Of a DNA stretch of 64,000 nucleotides, positions 1 through 15,140 are shown piece after piece. The stretch spans positions 49,352,001 to 49,416,000 of the forward strand of contig OX597824.1 in the NCBI GenBank assembly GCA_951406725.2. Direction: 5' to 3'. The position numbers were made by a program, and so were the translations under genes. The notes under the pieces are model-generated. The model saw nothing but the letters and a program-made list of their open reading frames with translations. It was not told the DNA's origin and made no database searches. How positions within the stretch are numbered: the first letter of the stretch is position 1; the number at the start of each line of letters is the position of its first letter. This DNA comes from Octopus vulgaris. Its lineage: Eukaryota.

Positions 1-179
1 TTAATGGTAGAATTCTCTGTAATGAGACCTTCCTAATTTTGGATATAAAATTTAAATGTTGCAATTGAAGTTACACCTGTAAATGTTCAGTAAATATATT
101 GAGAATGTATATTTGTGCAATGTCTGTGGAAAGAGCTAAATAGACTTAATGTGTGGCTAGACTGATAATTGGGTTTATT

Positions 180-225
<46 letters not shown>

Positions 226-3200
226 GTGAATGAAATAGACAAAGTAAATCATATCAAAAGTTTTATTTTTCATTCTCAACCCAAGTGTTTATGTGAGATA
301 AATGCATGTTTAAAAAATTCACTTCATCAGTAAGATGATAAATGAGATATTTACTCAAAGCAGGCTCATTTATAAACTCTAGTAGTTGCCATAAAGAACA
401 CTATGTATTATAAATAAATCTGAAGTGTGGGGCATTTTTTTCTTTGTGTGTGTACATTCATTTATTTCACAGATTCTTAATTGTATCTCATGGGTAAGAA
501 AATCTTTGTATTTTTATTTTGATATACATTCCTTGATTCATTTTTGGGTCATTCTATTTTCAATTTATTTTGACTGAAATTCTCTTCCCAATCACAACTT
601 CTGGTTTAATCTCACTGTGCAGCACTCAAGGCAAGTGTCTTCTACAATAGCCCTGGGGGCCAACCAAACCCTTGTAAATGCGTTTGGTAGATAGAAACTA
701 AAAGTCCATTTTGTGTGTTTACATTTACTACTCTATAATAGTTGGCTTGATATGAGCAGTTATTGTTGTCACTGCTCTTTCAAGAAATGATCTTCTTGCT
801 TCCTACATTCAAAAGATACATGAAATAAGAAATTATTTGAAAAATGAGTAATTCCTCTATAACATTTGTCTAACCCATGCTAGCATGGAAAAACAACTGA
901 AAATGAACAGTACCATTATTTATTCATATATTAGCACATACATTATATGAAATTTTTTATAGCTTTTTTTATATTTTCAATTTGGAACAAGTATACAGAA
1001 ATCTGAGTGGGTCATGTATTTTCTCTAAGTGTTACATTTCTATGTATACATATTGTATAGATGTTGATGGTTAAGTTAAAATTTTGTATTTGATTGGGGC
1101 TACTGATGATGTTTTTAATTAATTTTCCATGGCAATGCTGTCCTGGCCATTATTTCAGTTTGCATTATTTCAAAATCCTAAATTTACTTTTAATAAACTA
1201 AGTATATTGGAATTTAAGTAAAGAATTAGTAGTTTATGGCTTACAGGAAATGGCTTTGTTATCCTAAACAAAACTAATTTGGGGGTTTTGTTGAATCAAG
1301 GTAGTAAAATTTGCTGAAGATTTTTGGCCATCAGACTTTGACAAATGTAATGATATGAACCAGATTAATGATCTTAGGTTTCAATACTATATTAGTAGAA
1401 TTTAGAAATAACAGAAGTGCTACTATTTGTAGAGGGGGAGAGAAACAGGCATACCCTTCCCATCTTGGAAGATTCTTTTTTTTTTTTTTTTCATTCTAAG
1501 ACTGACAGATATTTTAGTAGTTATTGTTAGTGATATGTAGACTTATTACAAAGTGAATAGCAGTACATTTAAGATGGCTGTGGAATGGCTTGACAAAAGT
1601 AGTGAGACCCAGTTGAGGAAATCTCCAATGGAAAATGGCTTTTTTAATGAGGTCATTGCCTCAATGTTGTGTGGAACTTTTTTCTTCTTCTTTCTTATTT
1701 CTTACAGCTGACTACAGGCATTCAGAATGAGGTCTTTTTTTTCATCTGCAATACGAAGCAGCTCATTCCTTCACTGGTAATAGGAGGAAAATTGAATAAT
1801 GCTTAAAGCCACACCCTTTGAAAATTTAGAATAATTAACAACCATCGTTAATGTAATGATCAATGTTTAAGTTGAAACCTTTTTTAAAAAAACAGATGGG
1901 TTCATTTTGAAGATGTTATGGTGTTAGATTGATCAGTAGAACAAACAACTTATCTGAAGCTCTCTTAAAGCTTGTGAAATTTTCAGTTTTTAATGTAAGA
2001 CATTATGCTGCATGTTTTCCTCTTTCCTCCATTGAAATTTGTAACTTTAGTTGTAATAATTGTGTGAGAGAGTGAGTGCAATTTTATATTTTTGAATTTG
2101 ATATATTATTAAATTCTAGTATGCAGTAAATCTAAATCTGAGTAGGCTTTTACAGCTATTAGATTACAACTCTAGTTAGCACATGCACATATAAACACCA
2201 TTTTTTCATCTAATTATTTATACATTTGTGCAATTAAATTATGCACAAGCTCCCCTCTCACTTTCCCTTCCTCTCCCTCCTTTCACTCTAGACGTAACAT
2301 CTTTCTACATTTTCTTTTATGGACTTTATTAGTAATTTTTCATTTTGTCTTCATATAGATTGGATAGGCTTTGTCATATTATTGGTCCACGAATTGTGAT
2401 GGCATACTTCACTGCAAGTGTTTTTATAGTCATTCTGAATAGGATATTTAATTTAAATATACGTAACTGAAGAATGAGCATCTGGACTTTTAAGAGAAAT
2501 TCCTCAATTTACTTATTCTATTCAGTAATTGATTCTCAGCCTTATAAGGCCATTGATTTCTAGGAAACATTGAGTTTATATTTGACTCAATTTTAATATT
2601 GGGTTTTGATATATTTAAATATTCCTGGATAATTAGATATAGAACCATAATTTTTTTTTCTCTCAAGACAAACTTTCATATAATTTAGATCAAACACTAT
2701 AAATGTTTCAATTTTATGCTTAATTTGCATTTAAATGGATGGCAATTCTGTAATTTTATTGCAATATAGAGCTTTTCAACCACAAATTTATGTTTGCTGC
2801 CCAACCACATGGTTCCAGGTTTAGTCTCATTGTGTGGCATCTTGGGCAAATGTCTACTATGGCCTCTGGCCAACCAAATCCTTGTGAGTGAATTTGCTAG
2901 ATGGAAACTGAAAGAAGCCCAAAGTACCAAGCTAAAAAGAAAAAAGTACTGGGTTTGATTCCTTCAACAACAAATTCTTCAAGGTGATGGCCGCAGTCTA
3001 ATGTCCGAAACAAAAGGTAAAGATTACTTTGTGTGTGTGTCTAAACATTTGCATTACTTGTGAGCTGGATTTGTGTCATAAATTGAGACAACTAAAAGAA
3101 TAAACTCAGATGTTCAGAGTACTAAAAGTTTATTGGTCAATGGAGACAATTACACTGATCTTACCATACTTCCATCTTTTATGGACATCTATTCTAGGGC

Positions 3201-4450
3201 ACTGGATGGAACAGTTCCAAGAACTGCTGAGCTCATCACTTTCTATGAATGAGGAAAATAAAGCATCAGCTGACAGTTTCATTTTGCTAACACACACACA
3301 CATTCCTTTTACTTTCTACTTGTTTCAGTCATTGAACTGTGGCCATACAGGGACCCTGCCTTGAAGGGTTTAGTCAAACAGATCAATCCCAGTACTTCTC
3401 TAAGTCTGGTATTTATTCTGTCAGTTGCTTTTACTGAACTGCTAAGTTACGGGAGTATAAACATAACACCAGTAGTCAAGTGGTGATAGGTATATGAACA
3501 CACACACATACACCCAATGGGCTTCTTCAGTTCGTCTCCCAACTTCATTCTCAAAGCATTGGTTGGCTTGGGTTATAGAGGAGACACTTATCTAAAGTGC
3601 CTTGATGTGGGACAGAACCTGAAACCATATAGTTTGCAATGCAAACTTCTTAACCATTCAACCATGCCTACCCCTAGTGTCACAGTTTCAATTACAAAAG
3701 AATTTTTTTCTACAGGTGCAGGCAGGCATGGCTATATGATTAAGAAGTTTGCTTTTCAGTCACATGATTTCAGGTTCAGTCATACTGTGCAGTACCTTGG
3801 GCATGTTTCTTCCTGGGCTGACCAAATCCTTCCGGTTAAATTTAGTAGGCAGCTGCAAAAGATGTGTGTGTGTTTACATATGCATTACTCTGAAAATTGC
3901 TGAGCTACAAGTATCCAAGTCAAGAAATTGACCATTAGCATTGTACTTTCAAAAATGTGGGGAATAAGGGATCCTTTACTTATAAACAATTAAGGGTTAA
4001 CAATAGAAACATCTGGCTGTAAAACAATGCCTCAGTAATATATTCATCTAACTCATGCTAGTGTGGAAAAATTAATGTACAATGAGCCAACAAAAATGCA
4101 CTGTTTGAAGTACAGTGCGTACAGTAAGTTGAATGTAGCTAACATTTGATCTATTCTTACAAGATAAAAAGTAAAGTCAACTTGGTTGAAAATTAACTCC
4201 ACATGCAGGTTGCTGCAAACTAAGTATTATGAGACCGTTGTTTTCTGGTTTGCCCAAACTCTAACCAATATTGGGAAAATATACTCAGCTCTTAGGAAAA
4301 AAATCTTACATTTCTTAAAGTCACTATGAATCATGACAACTGCACTCCAAATTCCTTACATTGAATAATGGATCTTTGTGGTGTCCTGGTGATAAATCTG
4401 TTAATTTGTACAGTAACTGAGCTAGCCTGGATAACTGATGCATTTGAAAT

Positions 4451-4712
4451 GCTAGTGGTTCTTAGCCAAACACATAAATTGCTCCCTCACATGAGATCTT
4501 AGTGGTTGTTAACCAACCAGTTTACTTCACATGAGCCTCTAATGTTTGTTAGCTAAGCAGATTACTTCACCTCAGCTATAGTGGTTTGATAATCAACCAG
4601 ATTCTCACATGAGATCTAGTGGCGTTAACCAGCCACATAAATTGCTTTCACATATGAGCTCTAGTAGTTGTTAACCAATTAGATAAATTGCTTTTTCACG
4701 TGAGCTCTAGTG
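4451..4712. repeat. Degenerate minisatellite, about six units of 40-47 bp
   Basis: Recurrent ctagtggttgttaaccaaccag...(ataaattgct)...tcacatgag. Confidence 0.85.
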
Positions 4713-7700
4713 CAGCCATTTTTTGCTATAGTAAAATTAAAATATTACTAAAGTGATGTAATGAGGAAGTGGGAAGGAGGGGATTCTCTTTACCACTGCT
4801 ACTACACTGAATTCAAGCAGTTAGACCAAAAACCCTTCCTAGATAGTGTTGCTTAGACTTTGCAACTGGTGAAAATATTATTGTATTCACTTTCAATTTG
4901 CGAATGGCATATTGAGGGTTTGATCTTGTGTGAGTGCGTGCACATGCATATTTTGTAATAAATCGATTTTAAGTCTTAAGTTAATGTTAATCTAGAAATG
5001 ATTTTTTTTCTAATATGAAATTCAACTTTCAATATATATTATATGCCCACTGAATGTGTAAGTATATACCCAAACTTTGACACTTATAATTATCTTAGTG
5101 TTAATATAATATTACCTAATTACCTATATATTAAACTTGGTTCCAAGTTCAAATTCTATACAACCTGGACGCTAGTCCTAGAAAACTATCCAGGGATGGG
5201 GCCAGGAAACAGGATAATCACAAATAGAATGGCTTTGATCAATAACCTGCTTGATCAAGGCTAACTTGGAACTCTGATCTTCCTTGTAGGATAAAAAAAA
5301 AAAAACATTCAATAATTTTTTGTGACTGTAAAATATATACCTTTTTAAAAAGTTTGCTTGAATCATTTGTAAGTGTATGGGAGCAGTGGGGTTTAAAAAT
5401 TTTTTTTTTTATTCCAACTTACCTGAGACTGGCCTCTAGATCTATGGTACAGATGTAGTGATTTAAAGTGATCTAAATTAAAATCAATCAAATTTCCATG
5501 GTAATTTTTGTTTCAAAGACTATCTTAATGACAATGTTATTTTACTACATTCTTCATTTTAAAAATTGAGATGAAAGGCAGAGTATTTTAACAGAAATAT
5601 GGTAATAAAAGCTTTAAAACTTTTGTAGCTCTGTTTTAGCTTCTTAGAGGCAATGACAAGTGACTGAGACTCCTGGCGATTTGCTGTGCTTGAGAAGACA
5701 TGTCAAGCTAAGTGAATTGTGGCCATTACCAGTGCTGGTGACATGTAAAAACACCCAGTACACTCTGTAAAGTGGTTGGCATTAGGAAGGGCATTCAACC
5801 TTAAAAAAACCCAAACCAGACTGGTGCAGGTCTCTTGTTTACCTGATCCAGTCAAACCGTCTTACCCATGCCAGCTTAGAAAACAGATACTAAATAATGA
5901 TGATGGTGCTATCATTCATGCTGAGTAAAATGTCTCTTGGTTATCTCTTTTCTAGCATTGTACTATATAGCATAAGAGTATGCATATGTACATTAGTGTG
6001 GTATTGTTGAGTACCATACTGTGTTGGTGGTAAATTATTGATGCATGGTTTGTTACTTGGGGACCAATTCCTATTGTGGCTCTTTTCATGTACTTGTAAC
6101 ACTCTTTAAGTAAAGCTTGAGTGTCATAAATTCAACCTCATCACTACCACTTGAATCTAATACAGACTAATCAATGGATTGATACTTCTGATCATGAAAG
6201 GTCAGACAATTAAGTCCACTGCATTTATGGACTGAATAAACATCATTTTTATATGATAGCACCTAGAGTAGTAATCCCCAGTTAGTTTTGGTTTAGTAGA
6301 GTGTATATGAAAGAAACGTAAAGTTTGTAGCATATTTTGTGATTGTTAAACTCAGTGGATTTGTTATTTGTGTATGCTAATGTTAGCTTACATACCTGTG
6401 TGCATTTCAGAATGTACTACACCTTTAATTTTGAGAATGTAAGATGACAAAATTGGAATATTTATATTTAAAGACATATTAGAAATAGTGAAGCTGATAA
6501 AAGTGCAAACATAATGTTCTGACTATTGATCTTTTTTTTTTTTAAATTTTAAATATTGTATAATGTACAGCACACGACATATATATGTGTGTGTGTGTGT
6601 GTGTGTGGTAAGAAGCTTGCTTCCCAACCACAGAGTTCTGGGTTCAGTCCCACTGTGTGATATTTTGGCCAAGTGTCTTTCTATATCTTTGGGCTGACCA
6701 AAACCGTGCAAGTGGATTTTGCAGATTGAAACTGAAAGATGCTCATTGTGTGTGTGTGGAAATTTCTATTTGTCAACCACCGCCGCTTGACAACCAGTAT
6801 TCGTGTGTTTACGTCCTTGTAACATAGTACTTGTTCTATTGGTCTCTTTCGCCAACCCACTAAGCTTCAATAAATGAATCCTGGGGTTGTTCACCTCAAA
6901 ACCTTTTGAAGTGGTGCTGCACATGGTCACAGTCAAATGACTGAAACAAGTAAAATATAAGACACTCTCTCTCACTATCTCTCGCTCTCTCTAGCAAACT
7001 CTATATGATATAAGGCATGACTGGAGAAATCAACCAACCAGCATATATATATATTGGCTTCAAATTTTAGCACAAGGCCAGTAATTTGGGGTGGAGGATG
7101 TAAGTCAGCCCCTGTGTTCAACTGGTATTTTATCGACCCTGAAAGGATGAATGGCAAAGTGAACCTTGGTGGAATTTGAACTGAGAATGTAACGAGTGAA
7201 ATACTTAGCATTTTGCCTGGCATGCTAATGCTTACCAGCTCGCTGCTATATATTGGCTGTTATAATCTATTGTCAGTTTCAGACTGTGACTATGCTGGGA
7301 CATATATAATGGCATGGCTCTGTGGTTATGAAATTCTCTTTTCCAACCAGCTGGTTTCTGGCTCAGTTTCAGTTTACTGTACCTTGGGCAACTAAAGCTT
7401 TGAGAATGAATTTAGTAGACAGGACCTAAAAAAGAATCCTGTCATGTGTATGGGTGCATGCATTTTTGCATGTGTGTCTGCTCATATGAAAGCTATGAAG
7501 TTTGAATTGTATTGTTCTTGACACTGCCCTCAATAAATAGTATCTTGCCTTCAAAGCTATATGGAATAAGAACTCTCTTATTTGAAAAATAGATAAGGAT
7601 TAGCATTCAGAAAGGGTGGTTAGCTAGAGAACATTTCCTCAGTAGCATTTCTCTAATCTTTGTTGACATGGAAAAAGAACCCTAAAAGCAACTCTAGGTG

Positions 7701-8419
7701 GTTGGATATCTTAGTCTTGCATTGATTTTGGTTCAAACACTATATAACAAGTAGTTAAACTTTTCTTAGATGGATAAGTCTTACTCTCTTCCCATTGTGT
7801 TGACGTGTCATTTTAGAGCAGGTAAAAATCTAGGCTCCTTGTAAATGTTTTCTTTGTTTTGATGATAATTATAAATCGCATGGCTTGTTGAAGAACAAAG
7901 TGATATAAAGATCTTTTTAAATCATAAAGTAGTGAAGAGATATGTAAGCTCACTTGAGATTCATTTTCTAGTGTTTACACATTTACGACATTAATTTGTA
8001 AGTTTGGTTTTTCTGCCACATCTGTAGCAAGCTATTAACCCCTTCTGCACAAACTCTTTAAAGCATCTTTTCGATAACTTTGCTTAAATTTTTGCTTATA
8101 AAAATTTGAAATCACTGTAACACAATTACACAAAATAAATAAAATAACAAAAATCTAAATGAAGATTAAGGGTTGGAATTTGACAACAATGAAAAGCTTG
8201 ACATTAATTCAATAGAATTTCAAACATTTCCACTCCTTTATTAAGGGCAAAGTATGAGACTGAACCCATTAACTTGAAAGGATTGAATGACTTATGCTTC
8301 CTATTTCTGAGAGATGAATGTATTGAGGATTGTTTAAGACTGCTTACCCTTGGTCAAGCAGACCTTATGGTATGAAAGTAACTAAAGTTTTGATGCTGGA
8401 TGGTTACGTTTTTGACTGT

Positions 8420-9277
8420 TTGAGGTGGTATCAAAAAGTTCCCAGACTAGTTCTGTAGCGCACCAACAACTGACAGCACACAGTTGCATGCGCAGTGAGA
8501 GCTAGCAGTGACCTTCATGAGGCAGTGTGCCAATTGACATTGCTGTGTTTACTTTGCAAATTATTAAATTTTTGTGATCCTGTGATTTTGTCATAGACAA
8601 GAAGTTGGAACAAAGAGCCAACATGAAATTTTGCATTAAATTTAGGAGGTTTGCTACAAAGACATTGAGCATGCTTCAGCAAGCTTACGGCAATGAAGCA
8701 ATGGATCATACGCAATGTTTCAAATAGTACAGGTGCTTCAAAAGTGGAAGAACATCCCTGGAAGACTACACAAGTGTCACCTCACCCCCACCCCCAGAAA
8801 CGCAGAGAAAATTCATCAGCTTGTGCATGAGGATCATTGGAAGGGAATCGACAATGTTTTGAAGTATTTGGGGAGGACACTTGGCAAAAGTGGCTGGATC
8901 TGTGGAGCATGAAGAATTGGATTCTTCATGACAACAATGCACAGTGTCACCAAGCTCTCTTCACTTGTGAGTTTCTCACCAAAAACATGGCATCACTTCT
9001 GCTCTCACCCTGTTCACCAGGCTTCCATCTCTTCCCCAAAATGACAGTGCTGCTCAAAGGTCATCGTTGTCGACATCAAGAATGAATTGCTGAAAGACCA
9101 TGACTAAGTTAGGGAAAGCAACTTCCAGGCTGGATTCCAAAAGTGGCTGGAACACATGGGACTGGTGTATTGGTGCACACAGTGACTATTTTGAAGGAGA
9201 TGATGTTAAAACTTAGGTAAATAAGTTATTTTTTATTAAACACTACTTCTTTGGGAACTTATTACCATCACCTTGTA
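8420..9277 (+). mobile_element. Internally deleted mariner remnant
   Basis: Inverted ends gaggtggtatcaaaaagttccca and tgggaacttattaccatcaccttg; peptides EQRANMKFC..QQAYGNEAM, FKSGRTSLED, WILHDNNAQCH and FHLFPKM. Confidence 0.85.
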
Positions 9278-10099
9278 TGCTAGTGATTCTGATGATTTCC
9301 TTGACTATAGCAAAATTTTAAATTAGAACTGCTATTCCATATGAGAAGTGTCAGTTGTTGAATTAAGATTTTGTCAGCAGCAAAACTGTGTATCTGATTA
9401 AATCTGATTAAAATTCTTCATTTGAAATTTCTGTGATAATGCTTTACTGTAGTTTTAGATTTAAGTATCTATCTCATTGGTGGTCCTGTTAAGCTTAGTT
9501 TGGTTTCAATCCCCTCTCTTTATCTCAAAATTTTCTTTTTGTTTCTAACTGGCTTAATTTAACTGTTTTAGGTACAAAAATGGTTGTTGATGTAGCATTT
9601 AACAAAAATGAATTACAACAAGGTATAGTGACAGGACCTGCTAAGACTTGAGATTAGTGCTGTTTGTTGCAACACAGTGTGCCAGAAAGGTATAAGCGGG
9701 AGTGAGTTATAGAGGTTGTCTTCCTGGAGGAAGGACTAGGATAATGCAGGGCCTGATTGGTTGGGCACAATATGGGCAAAGAAAGGAGAGAAGAGAAAGT
9801 TACAAATACCTCAGTGGAGATGGTCCAAGACCAACCAGCTCAGAAAATTATGATAATAGTGGTAGAAAAGGCAGAGAGATGTGCCTGTGATCTAGAGGTG
9901 AAATATCAGTTAAGTAACCTTCCTCTGGATGCAATCTACAATGTGTATGCAACAGCAGCAGTACTCCATTGTAGGCTTCACTTGAGTATTGTAGTGGTGG
10001 TAATTGTTGGACTGATGTATTTTCTGGCTCTGAAAAGAACATGTTGTGTGGTCCTAGCTATCTTAATGTCTTTTCTCCAACAGAAATTCTTGGTGAGAG

Positions 10100-10570
10100 A
10101 AAAGCCTAAATTGGGAGTGATTGTAAGCTAATGTGTGGTATTTAATTTTTTCCCCCCTTAGTAAAAAAAGGTTGGCATACTTCTCTTTTGAAGAATGCTT
10201 TCTCTGTCTTTGTTCATGGAATTGGTGTATATTGTCTAAAATGCATTGCAGATGATGCATAGTTGAGATAGTTTAAGGAAGCATGAAGGGTAGTATCATC
10301 TGTATAAGAGAAGTATTGTTGGACATGACAGCAAAAAAGGTCATCATTTTTTAGGTGGAAAGACCTGAACTGTTGGAGTATCTGTGAGTTGATAGTGTGC
10401 AACAAAGAGTTCCATCAGCACATTCCACAATGTTGCATTGTTCTAGAATGCTTCTCAGCCAAGAAATGAGAGATGAATGGAACCCATGGATGAGCAATTT
10501 CACATGCCAGACATGGTGAGCAGCTTTACTGATGTCAAGAGCAACAACATAGTTTAAAATATATTCACCT
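10100..10570 (-). mobile_element. Jockey/CR1-like LINE RT remnant
   Basis: VVALDISKA..VWHVKLL..LISWLRS and YTDDTTL motifs. Confidence 0.65.
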
Positions 10571-13500
10571 TTAGAATATGATTGATGGTTAAGAAAAAAG
10601 TTGGGATGAGACAGTATTATTAAAAAGCAACAAGGCATTGAAACATGGTGCACGCAACCTGTCTATATGATTACTAGTTATTTGTTTTAACTGTTCTGAG
10701 CCTTAGATTTTATTTTCTACTAAATAAGCTGTTACTTGATAATCATCCTTATACCATTGTCCCCGAATGAGCAGGTTGCCAATTTAATATTTAATTCAGC
10801 ATTTTAAAAATGATACCCTTTAGGGTTTTATCTTTTTTATAAATTGTAATACATAGATTAGGGGACCATTTTAAAAGATAGGAGGATTAAATAGTAATTG
10901 ATTGTAGGGTACTTGAGAAGTGTTACTCTTTTGACTGCTTACAACAATCTCTTGTGATGTAGATAAGCCTTTCTGAGCATTGCTCTAAGTTTGTGGTAAG
11001 ACAATTCTTATGATAGTTTACTTTGTATGACTGTATGATAGTTTACATTGTAAAACTGTAAAAATGTTTAAACAACTACTTGCGTTTGTGAAAATAAATT
11101 TAAAATGCCAGATATTGGGCATCTGGACCAAGCTTTTTCTTTTTTTCTTAGAATTACTTATCTTAGAGATTTGCAGTAGGTCTTGTACTAAGCTCTAATT
11201 GTGATACAACTATATTTGCCTATGCTTCATACCTGTGATGCAGTAACTTCTCTCTCTATAGAAGTTTGCAACCATCATCATCATTAATGGTATCAGTTGG
11301 ATTGGTTTACAGTTGTTACTTATCACCATTCTTTTTTATTCAAGTCATCTGCTGTGATGCTAACATCATATGATCTCACAGTTTCCATACCTTCCACAAC
11401 ACTTTTTTCACCACCAACCAAATATCCAGTTTGAAGTACTTTATTTTCTTTGCTAAGTTACTTTGGGAGCAAAATAAACCAGCACTCCATCTCATGCCTT
11501 CTCTTATATTACTATTTCTAAGGCTTCATACTTAAATTAATATCTTATAGCTGTTTCAGCTATTTTAATCTTTATTTTTTTGGTTGAATAGCATTCTGTA
11601 AAAAAAAAAACAACAAAAAAAATGTGTGACTTGGCTTGCTGGAAGCTTTTTGAGTGGAATAAAACGGCATAGTTTCAGTGAAGATGAGATTGTGTTGTCT
11701 CTAGACAATATTTACTTGTCTCCGAGAACTTACCTAATTACAAAAAATGCCATACTTTTGTTTGGATTTCACTTACTTCATGGAACTAGATATATTGCTG
11801 ATTGACAAAATAATTTGAACTGGTTTTATTTTTTTTCTCTTGTAAGATATTAGCATGGCAGTGTTTATTTTTGGTATCACAAGAGGTCATTGTAATTAGG
11901 TCTGTCAGTCAAAACCAGTCTTGTTGCGTGGGTGGGGGTAGGAAATTAATAGGATTACCATTAGTCTTATTTAGTTTGTTTTTTTTTACAATCTCCTCTC
12001 TAACTTGCTTTATACACAACACACTGAGAAACAAGGTATAAAATATTTAACGTTAAGTAAATTGACAATGTATGCACAAAATATTTTTGAGAATATTTCT
12101 AAGTTTCTTTCTGGTGTCTGAAAGTCAGAACGGTAAATAACTTCCTTTGGCTTATGATCGAGGACAATATACAGTTCAGAAACATTGTGAAGTGTGTACA
12201 TATGTGTGGCAAGCATCATGAGAATGTTTGAGAAGGAAATCTGGTGAACAAGTAACAAAGTTGAAATAATTTATTAGCTGCCATTTATTTATTAAAGTAG
12301 ATTTGGTATTATAATAGTTGCTGGTAATGCCATATGTCCCTAATAGAATGTATGTGAGGGATAAGGTAGTAACATCTAAAAGTTATAAAATGTGGCTTTT
12401 TGACTATGAAGGATTATGGGTTGGTTTGTGGAAATTGTTTATGAGAGTGAACAAAATAGTGAAAGATCACTTCATCAAATATACCTGTGGCCTGCTTTTT
12501 CTCATGTACACACACTGTAGCATCACATAGCAGCTGAAAGAATAGTCAAAGGTTTATAATGTCAGATGTGAGACACTGTCCATGGCAAGGCACTTATTAA
12601 CTAGCAATAGTCTATTTTATTACTGTAAACAGTGGAAGTGCTGTGTAATTGACTTGAGCTAAACATCTTCCAGAGGTAAAGGTCAGATGATGAACTCTGG
12701 GTATGTTGACTCATTCTAAATTCACTAAGGTTAGATTTTCATTAGTGCCCAACAACCACAATGGGTTAAGGTACTTGCTGTCTCATGTAACTCCTGGTCA
12801 ACCCTGTCTTAACAAATCAAACAAATTGTGTCCTTTTAACTTTAAAAACACAAGGTATAATTTGAGTGAAATTTAGCTTCTTTAAGATTGTGATGGCTAG
12901 TGTATGTTATACATTCACATACTGTATACTTAAATGGACAATTTCATTGGTACTAAAGTACATTGCTTAGTCAATGAACATACATTACTCCCCATTCTAT
13001 TTTTCATAAATAGCACTTGACATAAAATCTCTCAGCAAGTTCCAACTTTGACCACACCCATCACTTACTACTGACACACATTCTCTTCTCACTGACATTT
13101 TACACCCACCTACTATCTTTGACTCAGTTAAAGTACCTAGGTTACATGCACTCATTTGTAAATTCCTAGCCAAATAGTGGCGTCTGTACCTGTATATCAA
13201 ATACATTATCATTCTTCTTTCTACCAAGAGAACATCACTTTATCATATTTGTTTCTCTTTCAATCATATTTATCTGTCACACTAGCTTCTCTCTATCTAG
13301 CTATTGGTTTCATTTTGTCTAAGCATATCTAAGATACCTTATCTAATGCATTTTATGTACCTAAAAAGGCTGAATGAGCATGGTGTGAACATCTTTCATT
13401 ATAAATTAGTTTGCTGATAGTTTAGCTTGAGATTAACTACAACTAACACTATATAATTCTTGACTTGCTCCTCTACATGCCTGATTGCACCAAATTGTCT

Positions 13501-14774
13501 AACTGATCAAATCCAGCCTCTCACACTTATCCTACAATGTTATTCTAAAAACAATTACATCATCAAAATCTTGAAGCTACAATATAATGAATGGTTGATT
13601 TAAAACAATGTGAAAAAATAAGCATAACATTTGACAGTAACCTGAATGCCAAAGGGTTAACCTGACAAAGCCATCAAGTGGTTTGCTAAAAGTTATATTG
13701 CAGCCATTCATGCAGCTGCACCTAGCTTGCAACAACCAGAAAAGTCACCTACTCTCTACAGCTGGGTGTATATTTACATTTAAAAATACTTGGATTGAAT
13801 CTCATTCTCTAGAAATTTTAACACCTCTTTGTAGACTTTCTTACTAAACAGTGAAAATAGGCATAAAAACCTTAAAATCTCTCGTTGGCATGTGTATGCC
13901 ATGTGATAGTAGTCATCAAGGTTGAAACAGTAAAATCATAATTCCACAAGCTCAACTCTGACACTTGAGTATCATACCACTATAAGAATGTTGCCATTGA
14001 CATTCACAAAACTGCCTTCACTCATACTCCTCAGCCAGTTCCTCACCATCAAAGCACCCCAACTATCTCTCTATCCACCCCACCCCCCTACACAATGTTA
14101 TTTGTTTCTCTGAATTTAGTAACTCGTTTTGCTTATTGCTATTTCAAATGATCACTACTGGCATATATCAGATCCTGCTCCAATCATTTTCCATAATACT
14201 TAAGATTTAGCAATATTAACATTACCTGTTGGTGCTACTTTCTTCCTAGATAAACAAAAACAAAAAATACTCATGAAATTAGTCTGTTTTCTACACTTCA
14301 GACATACCAGTCCTTAGCAGTTTCAGTAACTGGACTACAGTCAAGCTAGAGTACCACATTCAAAGCTTCAGTTGATCCCATCAGCCTCAAACAAGATATG
14401 GGACACACACCAGCAGTTGTTCAGCAGTATAAACACACACACACACACACACACAGAATAAATAGAACCCTTTCAGTTTGCATCTAGCAAATTTCACTCA
14501 AAATGTGTTGGTTATCCTAGGGATGTGTTTGTAAATTATTTGTAAGAGATGCATCTTTCACTTATAATTTTTGCTGCCTTTCATTAACCCACTATGAAAG
14601 AAAATGATAAACACAGACATACAAACGCTTTCTCTCCATCTCATATGCACATATGTGTGTGCATACACATGCACGCACACTGTACATATAACATGTATAT
14701 GTAGTTGTTACATATCACTAAGATTCTTCAATTACTGGCTGATAACTTGATATATAAAATATATATACATTGTG

Positions 14775-15140
14775 CAAGACACTGATTAGGGAGAGTTAGT
14801 TTAGACAGGATGCAGTTTGTGTTTGTGCCAGGTAGAAGCACCACTGATGCTATATTTCTGGTAAGACAGCTGTAGGAGAAATTCCTAGCCAAAGATACAC
14901 CTCTATACTTGGCTTTTGTTGACATGGAGAAAGCTTTTGACAAGGTCCCTCGATCCCTTATCTGGTGGTCAATGCAGAAACTAGGGATAGATGAGTGGTT
15001 GACATTAGGAATGGCATCAGCTGTAGAAATCTTGTCAGATCAGATTGGATCCTGATGCAGCCTCCTGGCTCGCAAGTCCTCAGTCAAACTGACCAACCCA
15101 TGCCAGCATGGAAAGCAGATATTAAACGATTATGATATTA
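14775..15140 (+). mobile_element. RTE RT fragment joined to an RTE/SINE 3' tail
   Basis: FVPGRSTTDAIFLVRQL and AFVDMEKAFDKVP on the + strand. Confidence 0.85.

Noticed and set aside
4451-4712. CRISPR-like appearance of spaced repeats
   Set aside because: Units are degenerate tandem copies without unique spacers, there are no cas genes, and the context is eukaryotic; it is a minisatellite.
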